Shown here piece by piece: positions 35,850 through 45,590 of a stretch of DNA of 64,000 nt; position 1 is the stretch's first letter; each line of letters begins with the position of its first letter. The DNA lies in contig AP026132.1 in the NCBI GenBank assembly GCA_030295235.1, positions 930,001 to 994,000 on the forward strand, in the 5' to 3' direction. The stretch comes from Fistulifera solaris. Its lineage: Eukaryota. The position numbers were made by a program, and so were the translations under genes. The notes under the pieces are model-generated. The model ran no database searches. It saw nothing but the letters and a program-made list of their open reading frames with translations, and was not told the DNA's origin.

Positions 35850-37195
35850 GAATAATTATATTTGCAGACGGACGCGAGAGACGCAAAACGGAACCCTTTG
35901 TTGTTCGGTTCATGACTACTATACAATCCAGTCTTGGCTCTTGGCTGGCGTAAACCAACACTCCGTAACATAGTGGAAATATAAAAAGGTGTCGATCCTC
36001 GGATTATTTCGACGTGAAAATAAAAGAAACTCTCAACAATTAGTTCATAATCATCATTGTTGCAACTTTATTTACCCGTTATTATAATTATATTATATTC
36101 GCAGTTGAATAAAAAGGGACGGATGCGAGATGACGCAAAGCGGAACCCTTTGCTGTTCGGTTCATGACTACCGCACAATCCAGTCTTGGCTGGCGTAAAC
36201 CAACACTCCGTTCTATAGTAAAAAAATACAAGGTGTCGATCCTTCGGATTTTCGACGTGAAAATAAAAGAAACTCTCAACAATTAGTTCATAATCATCAT
36301 TGTTGCAACTTTTTTACCCATGTTTTAATTATATTCGCAGTTGAATGACAATGGACGGATGCTAGAAACGCATAACGGAAGCCGCTTTGTTGTACGGTTC
36401 ATGACTCATGACTACTGTACAGTCCAGTCTTGGCTGGCGTAAACCAACACTCCGTTCTATAGTAAAAAATACAAGGTGTCGATCCTTCGGATTTTCGACG
36501 TGAAAATAAAAGAAACTCTCAACAATTAGTTCATAATCATCATTGTTGCAACTTTTTTTACCCATGTTTTCATTATATTCGCAGTTGAACGAAAAGGGAC
36601 GGATGCTAGAAACGCATAACGGAAGCCGCTTTGTTGTACGGTTCATGACTCATGACTACTGTACAGTCCAGTCTTGGCTGGCGTAAACCAACACTCTGTA
36701 TTATAGTAAATATACAAGGTGTCGATCCTTCGGATTTTCGACGTGAAAATAAAGAAACTCTCAACAATTAGTTCATAATCATCATTGTTGCAACTTTATT
36801 TACCCGCTATTATAATTATATTCGCAGTTGAATGACAATGGACGGATGCGAGAGACGCAAAACGGAAGCCTTTGTTGTACGGTTCATGACTCATGACTAC
36901 TGTACAGTCCAGTCTTGGCTGGCGTAAACCAGCACTCCGTTCTATAGTAAATATACAAGGTGTTGATCCTCGGATTTTCGACGTGAAAATAAAAGAAACT
37001 CTCAACAAGTAGTTCATAATCATCATTGTTGCAACTTTTTTACCCATGTTTTAATTATATTCGCAGTTGAATGACAATGGACGGATGCGAGAGACGCAAA
37101 ACGGAAGCCTTTGTTGTACGGTTCATGACTCATGACTACTGTACAGTCCAGTCTTGGCTGGCATAAACCAACACTCCGTATCATAGTGAAAAAAT
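35850..37195. repeat. AT-rich tandem array (satellite-like), about 5.5 copies of a ~240-250 bp unit
   Basis: TCCAGTCTTGGCT at 35927, 36179, 36423, 36667, 36908 and 37147 (spacings 252, 244, 244, 241, 239). Units are similar along their whole length. Confidence 0.97.
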
Positions 37196-37274
37196 GAATG
37201 ATGATTCACTTCAAAAATGGCTACAGTAGACTAGAATGTAGTTTACTGACTTCATTATTTCACAAAAATACATA

Positions 37275-37344
37275 ATATCCGGGTATCCCCTCTCTCGATA
37301 AATTTCCCTACAAGGCCTACGTGAGAGCTACGTAGACTGTAAAG
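37275..37344. repeat. Dyad element copy on the right flank of the tandem array
   Basis: ATATCCGGGTATCC..AATTTCCCTAC..CTACGTGAGAGCTACGTAGAC matches 35479-35547 in direct orientation. Confidence 0.75.
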
Positions 37345-37392
37345 CGCGTGACCATGGTGATGATAATATAACGCAGTATATTCGCAGTTTCT

Positions 37393-38754
37393 TTGGTTGT
37401 CAGAGCTGCTCTAGAAAATGATACAAGGTCATACTTCCTTGCGACGAAACGTGGAAGGATGCGATTGGGAGGCCGCAAAGGTCAATTCGTGCCGTGGGAC
37501 GATGGACACGTCCCCGTCAATTTACGACACACCGAGGACTACCAATCAACCCTTCTTGTGCGAGACCCTACTTACCATCAGCAACATCAAAGCGAAGTTC
37601 ATACGATTGATGAATCTGTTCACGAATCATTGGTCGACGCAATCTACGAATACACAGTACAACAATCAACGCCTTGGGGTGCTTATGTTCGGATCGACCA
37701 AATTCAAGAGGAATGGAACCGACACGGAACGTCTTGCGCTCTTCCCGCATCGTCCTCGATTTCCAATACCAAGGAAACGTCTTCGAAAGAAGAAATGTTC
37801 GTCAAAGTAGCTGCTGCTTATTTCCATCGCGTCCTACAAGTCTTTCAAGATGAGAAAGACCATTTGGCTTCCAATGTAGATGCTCACGGAATAGCGGTAT
37901 GGGGCTTAGCAGCAAAGGAGGGATCTCAAGTGACGTATCATTTGGATTATGCGGAGCAACTGCGGTATCAATGCAATGTCATCGTTCCACCGATTTACGC
38001 CGGGACTCTGCAATGTAGTAAGATTGCCAACATGGAAGGAGGTTGCTACTGTGTTCACACGGCGGGTCTTCAACATTACGAGAAATACGGCTTCAAGGGC
38101 AAGAAATCTGGATATGTTAGCTCCACAGAATTATTGCTGAACGAAGAGTATTTGGAAGGTCGATGGGTAACGATTCCGTACCGCTACAATCGCATGATCG
38201 TACAACGGGGACATTTGCCACACTTGAGCACTCCCATTGCATCATTACCGCCGGGACAGCAGCGTGTCATTGTGGGCTTTAACGTGTTCCGGCACGACGT
38301 GGGACCTTTCGTCGAGCGAGCACCGGAACACTCTTCGGCATTTCGTCGCAGAGTAGCGTTACAAGGTATTTTGGAACGAAATATGGCTGGTCCAGCATTG
38401 TCGCTGGAATCGGTCCGCAGTAATCCCGCGCTGGCGAAACTCTTGGTACAAGCAAAACGTTTTCAGATCAAGAATGAGCTACTGTTCCGGCAAAACGAAC
38501 TAGACGAGCGTATCGATTTAATCTTGAGGAAAGAGGGTCCGAAATGTGTGGGTGATCTCATCGAAGGTCTTGCACGGCAAGACGGAGATTGGCCGAATGC
38601 TGACGACGTCCACGTTCACATTCATCGACGATGTAAAGAAGGACGATGGATGCCATTGCGGCAAAACGAAAGCGAACCCGTGCAGCACAAACTCATGACA
38701 ACTGTTGCATTGATATCCTTATCTGAGACGAATAATGAAAATGTAAAAAGATGA
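37393..38754 (+). CDS. 2-oxoglutarate/Fe(II)-dependent oxygenase-like protein (start uncertain)
   Basis: HLD (HxD), GG, YRYNRMIVQRGHLPH (distal His) and QRVIVGFN (2OG-binding Arg) fit a DSBH pattern. Confidence 0.7.
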   Translation: MVVRAALENDTRSYFLATKRGRMRLGGRKGQFVPWDDGHVPVNLRHTEDYQSTLLVRDPTYHQQHQSEVHTIDESVHESLVDAIYEYTVQQSTPWGAYVRIDQIQEEWNRHGTSCALPASSSISNTKETSSKEEMFVKVAAAYFHRVLQVFQDEKDHLASNVDAHGIAVWGLAAKEGSQVTYHLDYAEQLRYQCNVIVPPIYAGTLQCSKIANMEGGCYCVHTAGLQHYEKYGFKGKKSGYVSSTELLLNEEYLEGRWVTIPYRYNRMIVQRGHLPHLSTPIASLPPGQQRVIVGFNVFRHDVGPFVERAPEHSSAFRRRVALQGILERNMAGPALSLESVRSNPALAKLLVQAKRFQIKNELLFRQNELDERIDLILRKEGPKCVGDLIEGLARQDGDWPNADDVHVHIHRRCKEGRWMPLRQNESEPVQHKLMTTVALISLSETNNENVKR

Positions 38755-38843
38755 CAGGTAATACTTTACTTAGCACCGGACTCTTGGAGTCCATCTTTAC
38801 ACTTCTTTGATACAACTACATCTTTCGACAACAGCCCCAAAAT

Positions 38844-39462
38844 TCAGAAAAACGACCCAAAGTAACTCCGGCCGGATAAAACAGTATCCGTTTCCCCCTC
38901 TTCGCTGTTTATTTCAGCGGACAAACTATTCCTTCGTCGTTCTTCCACAATCGCATGATCGTTCGCCGGATCCCATTTTGAACTTTCCGGTTTGCAAAGG
39001 GCGGTCGTTTCTTCTGAAAATACAAGACGGGCCGTGTACACGTTTGCGGATCACAATTCTTCGTTTGCGTGGCCCCGCAGTACTCGCAGTCTTTGGGTGT
39101 CATGTAAACACCGGGGATCGCCGGAGGGTCCTCCTCCGCCGCCGCACACTGTTCTTGAAAAAACGACAAAAAGTCCAGCGGCCTTCGACAGTGCTGCAAC
39201 AGAAAGAAGTATAAAATGATAAGAGTTGCTCTTAAAACTTTGAAAAGTAAATAGCAAATACAGAACGTACGGTTAACATTTCCAATTGCTGTTCGAGTCC
39301 TATTGTGTTGCAAGCCGGTAGACATGACGCTTCTTGGTCGCTGGGCATGAAACCTTGACAAGTACTGTCCATGAATCTCATGATAAAATCATCCCCGTCC
39401 AAGTCGAAAAAATCGTCGCGTTTGGAATCATCGTACGTGTCGTCGAAGGAAGTGGTCGGCAT
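38844..39462 (-). CDS. Small Cys-motif hypothetical protein
   Basis: Exon 39462-39271, phase-0 intron 39194..39270, then CEYCG..C....CTRP..YF. A -1 indel at 38996-38998 extends the frame to the stop at 38844. Confidence 0.6.
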
Positions 39463-40139
39463 GTTTTGTTCTTATATACAATTTGTTCCATAAACTGCGA
39501 CTACCAAAATCTATCATGGATTCTATGTGCAAAGGAATGAGCAAATAGATGTATTCGTGTTGTATCCACGTTCCTCTCATGAAAACGTTCCAACCTTATA
39601 GGCAGCAACGCGAAAACGAGGGAAAAGCGCCAAAAAGTTGAGACGGACAAGGACGTGAACGACAACGAAAGCGGGTGAATTTCCAGACTACTTTTGACTA
39701 TCAAGGCACGTGGTGATGCAGGCGCTCGAGTCATCGCCGGAATGTGTCTTTTCCATAGTATGAAACCTCCTCTATCCGTTAAGGTACCGAAACGACTTCT
39801 TGGAGAAAGCATTCAATCCCGGAAAATATCAATTTTAGTCACGATCCTGAACGAGGGTCAAGTCTGTCCGTCTGTCTACCTACGACATTGATCCATTCTC
39901 TGTACGACATCGCAGTACCGTTTCACTTTGCCTACATTATTCAGGACACTCGATGGCTGGCTTACTTTTGTTAGTTAAGAAACGTCCTTTTTCCTAAGCG
40001 AAATCCGTCAAATTCTGCAAGGGGATTGATTGCAAGGCAAAATTTCGAATTTTTGCTTTGTCGAACAACACGCGCATTACTTCTTGTATCTGACAAACAT
40101 GAAGCACGTTCATAACTATGTTTTACGGCTTTTAGAGCA

Positions 40140-40869
40140 ATGAGCACATCATCTGTTCAAGTACACAAGCGATCGACGCGGGAACGAAGTTGGATCGAAC
40201 GAGCCATTATTCTTTTCTTTCATTTCCATCCCCATTTTGCCGACCAGCAACTCAACATCACGAGCCAAGTATTCGATATTAAAGCGAAAACAATCTACCA
40301 CTGGTTTCATAAAGAAGATGTTATTTGTAAATGGAAGGATATTGTACTCGGGTTGACGGTCCAGATGGTGTTGATGGCTTTGCCGAAGCGAAAGGATCGA
40401 GAAATGTACGCGACCCGATTTGCACCAGCCGAGCTCGTGCAAAGTATACCCGAAGCGTGTTTACCCTCTACCCCAGTTCTCTCGGACGCGAAAAAAATTC
40501 TGGCTCCCGTAGGAGTAACACATTCACATCAGAAACAACGAGCGTTAGCACAGGCCAGCAAAGACGAATATGTATATCTGAAAAACAGCAAAAGCGTGTC
40601 CACACCACGAAACACCGAGTCACCAAATTCGCTGTCGAAGAACGGTGGTTGATTGAACAGATCCTGAATGCCAAGGAGCGACGCACTATTTATACAATGA
40701 ACGAGTTGCGGACCATGGTGCGTCATCAGTTCACGCAGGGCACTTTGTACGAATGTCACATCCGCGATCCGGGGGTGGCACGAAAGATTCGAAAGGCTTG
40801 AATCAATGGCTCCGTCGGACTCTACAACAAGTGAATTATACGCCCAAGAAACAACCGAGCATTTTGTAG
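40140..40869 (+). CDS. Two-HTH DNA-binding protein resembling the pogo/Tc5/CENP-B N-terminus, no DDE domain
   Basis: HTH-like LNITSQVFDIKAKTIYHW. After a -1 indel at 40590-40593: KFAVEERWLIEQI..YTMNELRTMV. After a -1 indel near 40799: NQWLRRTL, then stop at 40869. Confidence 0.5.
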
Positions 40870-40931
40870 AGATCGCGTTTCATTGTAACTATACCAATAG
40901 CCTAGAGTAAATGACTAGTTATTACTTCGCT

Positions 40932-43900
40932 CTAATGGAAAATTCTGCGCCGGTAGAAGAGAACATAGGCTGCTGGAGTGACGATCGCGTCGTTGGCATT
41001 TGAGACAGGTCGGACACTGGAATCATCAAAGAGACACCAGTCATCGGAAATTCCAGTTCGTTCATTCCACGATCGAGCAAACGCCGTATAGTGGCCGGCG
41101 CCCAGTCGTCCGTAATGATTGGTCACCGCAAACAGATCGTAGATTGCTGGAACATGGTTGTGCGTAAACCTGTCTTTCTTGGACGCGCAGTGCCGACTCA
41201 TGTCGAGTGACGCCAGCGGGAAGTCCACAAACGTATCCAGTTTGTCGCGGCGGAGGATATTCTTGAATTCGAAACGCTTCAAGTGAACTATCAATACGTT
41301 CGGAAGGCGCCAAAGTTCCATTGTTTTCATGGCTTGCACATGCTCCTTGCAGTTTGAACAATACCATTTGTTGTTTTCATCCAGTCGTTCCGGTGTCGTA
41401 AAAGCATCAAAGCATTGATCGAGTGTCACGCCAACTTTGGGGGCCGCCAGTTTACGCCGGGACGCTTCGACCCAACTGGGATGATCGTTGAACATAGCAA
41501 ATCGATCACGATCTATCTGGCCCGGAGAAACCGTAGACCAGTCCAAGGACAAGAAAACGTACGGCTCAGATGCAAGTTGTCCAAGAATATCGAACAGTTT
41601 TTCTTCCGAGTCTGATGGAACATATGGAGAGAGTTGTTCATTGTCGGATGGGAAAAGAAAAAGGCTTCTCCCCCTCCCATCATGTAGGCGGATTTTTAAC
41701 AAGTTTCGTTGATCATCCTTTTCTTCGTTGTCGTGAGAAACAAGGTGTGCCACCTTGCTCCAAATATGCTCGTGGACCTCTTTGCACGTTGACTGCACAG
41801 GATATGTTGCCAAAAGGGGATCCCAAGAGGATCTGCCTTCACGTCGCTATCCGCAAGCTCTGAATCAGCACCTTCCACCAAAACATGGCTAGCTACTATC
41901 TGTAAGACTGCCCCAGCGTGCTCAACTTCGTAGGCAACCATGAAATCATCAGAGCGTATATCTGAGACAGGGTCGAAGATCTTGGGCCGTTCGACAATGA
42001 CATGATTCATGACTTCACAAATGACTAGCTTTTCTGCTGCAATCCCTGAGAGTTCAGCCAAATTTGCGCGTAGATCTGTAAGAGTCGCATTGCGCCGAAT
42101 GTCGACGCTATAACGTGTTGGATTTTTTCCACTACCAGCAGGGTATACCCAAATGGACACAGGTATGACAGCATTCTTCGCTTGTGGTATTTCCAAACTC
42201 ACGTGGTTGAATGCATCGAACGACAAGGAGACGCGATTGCAGTCAGGACAGACGCACGTGCTTTTGAACTGTCCATAGAAAGTATCCATAACCAAGCTGT
42301 CGTTTCTCCGGCAATGAGCTTCCCAAGCTCGTGCAGCTGCAATATTCATATCTTGACCATCCGTCACATCCGGCATTTCCACGTAAGGTGCTTTTCGAAT
42401 GCGGTTCAGATCTTCGTGCAGTCCGTCCAGAAAATAAGCTAAAAATTCTTGGGAATCGTGCTGAATATATCCGGCAAAACGTGGGGCGAAAAGTGCAATC
42501 GCACGTTTCAGAGCGCTTGGGCTCGTTGATGATTTTCGGTTCGCATTCCACCACATATCCTTCAACACTGCAGCATAGGCATCCGCCAGCTTTCCGCCGG
42601 TACCAAGAGGATTGTCCGGGTTCAAATCAGGTTTGTAGGCCCCTGACAAAAGTGTCGTGTCAAAGGAACCGTGTGACTCAGCGCTTGCAAGGCCGAGTTC
42701 ATGAAGCAAGTATTGCCTAGATTGTTGAGTCCGACACGACAGGCTCCGTCGTGATAAACAATCGCTTGTGAGTAACCGGGTTGCTTCTTGCACTCGAGTT
42801 TATGGAACGACCAATGACTTTCTTGACAGGAACGATTGCAGTACCGCGCTCGAAGGCACCTCTGACACCGTGATGTTGCTCGACAAGCCCCGCACGCAGA
42901 ACACGGTGACGGTTCATCCGGGCTATTTTGTTTATCGGGCGTTGCACCCTTACTGCCATTCATAAGGAACTCCAAGTCCCCTGGTGTGAAATACAATGGC
43001 AGAACTAGACTGCCCGTCGGTGTTTTGACAACACGTCGACAAATGGGAGACGACAACTCGCCATACCAGGTACGGAGTGCGGAATACACTTCGCGGGGAA
43101 TAGCTTCGTAGTGATAGCCTCGGACCACATTTGGCTTCAAAACGGGTGACAACGACAACGATGACACAATGTCAGATTCGTCTCCGATCACATTCTCCTT
43201 GTCGTTATCATTTGATTCCACGGTAGACACATGTTCTTTGTAGGGCTTGTACCAATCCGCAAAGAATGCGTCGCGAGTATTGGTACCTATCTTTTCTGGG
43301 AGTTCCAAAATAAGTCTTGAATTATCTATGGGTCCCGGCGGAACGTGCTCGTCATCTTCCTCGTCCATACTATCATCATCGCTGTCCTCCTCTCGTGGGT
43401 CGAGTGGACATGCCGCCGGTAATAGCGACTGGATGTCATAACTGGATGATGCTGGCAAGTTCTTTTGCGGCACCAATCCTACGTATCGACACCAATTGTA
43501 CCACCAGTCCCAGTTTAACAAGAAGAACGCTTCTCCTTCGAACGCGATGCTGGTCGAGTCGTTGTGATCCGCCGAAGCAAGACAAGTACGCCGATTCGTC
43601 AGTAGCAACAACACCGTCGAACGCTGTTCGGCCGGTGCGGGATACTGTATACCCACAGCTGCCTTTTGACGATATTCATGAATTGTTTTTGTAATCTTGC
43701 CTTCAATTGTGCAACGGATTTCTTCATTCCAGCATCCGCGGGCTGTGAATTGCTTTCAAATATTTGAATACATTCTTGTAGATCGTTTTGCCCTAATATC
43801 AAGATCTCGGTCGCTAATTGATACCGTAGTTGTTTTTCACGTTGCTCCATTTGTTCTTGCGTTGTTGTCTCTGTTGTAGAAACTTCTGAATGGTTTGTGT

Positions 43901-44510
43901 GAAATGTCGACGCCCCGTTTGTCTTCGGCAAATCCTCTTGTTTGTCGATACTCATTATAGCAGAAACAGAAGTCGCGTCTAAGCTCACTGGCTCCGTTGT
44001 CATTTCCATAGAGCCCGAAGAATCCGAATGATGCGTTCCATTGGTAGAAGTGTCGGGTTTCCCATTCGCCGCGACGGAATTGCCGCCCCCTGTTTTCGCC
44101 ACGATCATTTGCCGCGCTCGTCCTTCGCGAGCCAGTGCACGTCGGTAATAGATTTTTGCCTGCTGCGTAGCTCCTGGATTGCGCAACGCCGCCGTACAAT
44201 CCTTCTCGGCTTCTTCAAATCGTGCCAATTTCAAGTACATCAAGGCTCGATTTGAATAGAGAGCGGTTTGCAATTCCATGTGTTGCGGTTGCAACGCAGT
44301 AATGTTGTTAAAACACGCCAATCCTTTCCCGTAGGCTTCCAGTGCTTTTAAATATTCCATTTGCTGCACGTACGCGTTACCGGCTTCTTTGTGCGTTTGT
44401 GCCTCTTGTTCCCACGTGTCGGCCGGCGTCGGACGGTCATCGGGTTTGTTGGGCGGCGCCTTGTGTGTGCCTTTTTTGGCTGTGGTGGCTTTCTTCTTTT
44501 TGTATCCCAT
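40932..44510 (-). CDS. Ubiquitin-specific protease (USP4/11/15/19-like) with TPR, DUSP and MYND domains
   Basis: Four ORFs joined by -1 indels at 43664-43667, 42648-42651 and 41812-41815. Cys box GLNNLGNTCFMNSALQ, QHDSQEF, WYCSNCK, LIVHLKRF, His box NHYGRLGAGHYTA, FDDS. MYND finger CSAC..CQRC..YC..C..H..H..C. N-terminal TPRs. Confidence 0.93.
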
Positions 44511-45087
44511 CTTCCTGTTTTACTGAGTAGACGCTGATCTTACCAGTCCGTCTATTCAAATCTATGATTAATTATGGTTGCATTACGATGACAATAAGAG
44601 GCACATAGACGACTAATGGCTCTATTTTTCAGTTTTTTGTTTTTTGTTTTTTCGTTCCGCCATCCAATCAATCCATTGGTGGTACGACATCATCTGTCAT
44701 TCATTGTGCTTTCTTGTGGATCTATAAAAGATTGGTCCGTTTGAGTAAGAGAAGAATAGAGTAGATGCAACATTACAATCAAAGTCACTTCAAGAGAAAT
44801 AGCAAAGAGGGTTTTCACCGCAGATGCAAGAAGAATCATAGAATACATGGCAAAACAAGAAAAGAAATGACCCATGACTCAATCCACTCGTTAAAAAGTC
44901 GTCTTCTCTTTGGGGTTATAGTAAATAAATATATAATGAGGTTTAAAGTAACTTTAAGGCTTTTTGACGCAAATAAGTGCAAGGATACACTTCAAACAAA
45001 GTGATAGAAATAATGCCATCAACATTATCCCTCTTACTATCGTTCATGGAGCTTTGTGTTGTCAATGTATTCCATTTCGCTGTTTGG

Positions 45088-45346
45088 GTCATGACTCAAA
45101 TCCAGTTGTTGCAACCTACATTTGAGCCTATAGTCAAAAATGGGCAAACTTTCCGGAAGAGCTTTTCGACGCCCACAAAACTCGCGATGAGGCGTATCAA
45201 CTGAAATATTACTAGCTAGACCGTTATGCTCTATTTTACATGTTTACATCTTTCGCGTAAACATTATCGGTGCCCAACTTTTTCCTCGTCCTGACTCAAA
45301 TCGAGTCGTGTCATAGTGGCGTAAACTGACACTTTAGTCTATACCA
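45088..45346 (+). repeat. Two decayed copies of the tripartite motif about 200 bp apart
   Basis: TCATGACTCAAATCCAGTTGTT..CCTATAGTCAAAA (45089-45139) and TGACTCAAATCGAGTCGTG..TGGCGTAAACTGACACTTTAGTCTATA (45292-45343). Confidence 0.6.
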
Positions 45347-45590
45347 AATTGAAAGTACACTTGGTGCCATAGAGAAACGCCATAAGTTGTACACACCTTG
45401 CCATGATCGCGGTGAATGGAGCCGAATTCATCGGGAGAGGTGGTGCACTTGCCATTCATGTCAATGAAATAAGCCACCAATTTCTTTATGAAGTTCAGTC
45501 TTCGTGTTTCACAAAGTAATATTGAATCGTTTTCGGTAGCTTGATGAAAAAGCGCGGTAGCGGCGAGTATTTGAATGAATATATGAATGC

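Noticed and set aside
36088..37047. Short ORFs 36088..36282, 36362..36646 and 36796..37047 as a peptide gene family
   Set aside because: They are by-products of the tandem repeat, and frames are not preserved between units.
35850..37195. CRISPR array
   Set aside because: Units are similar along their full ~240 bp with no unique spacers, there are no cas genes, and the context is eukaryotic.
40140..40869. Intact autonomous DNA transposon
   Set aside because: No DDE catalytic domain, terminal inverted repeats or target-site duplication found; kept only as a possible derived DNA-binding gene.
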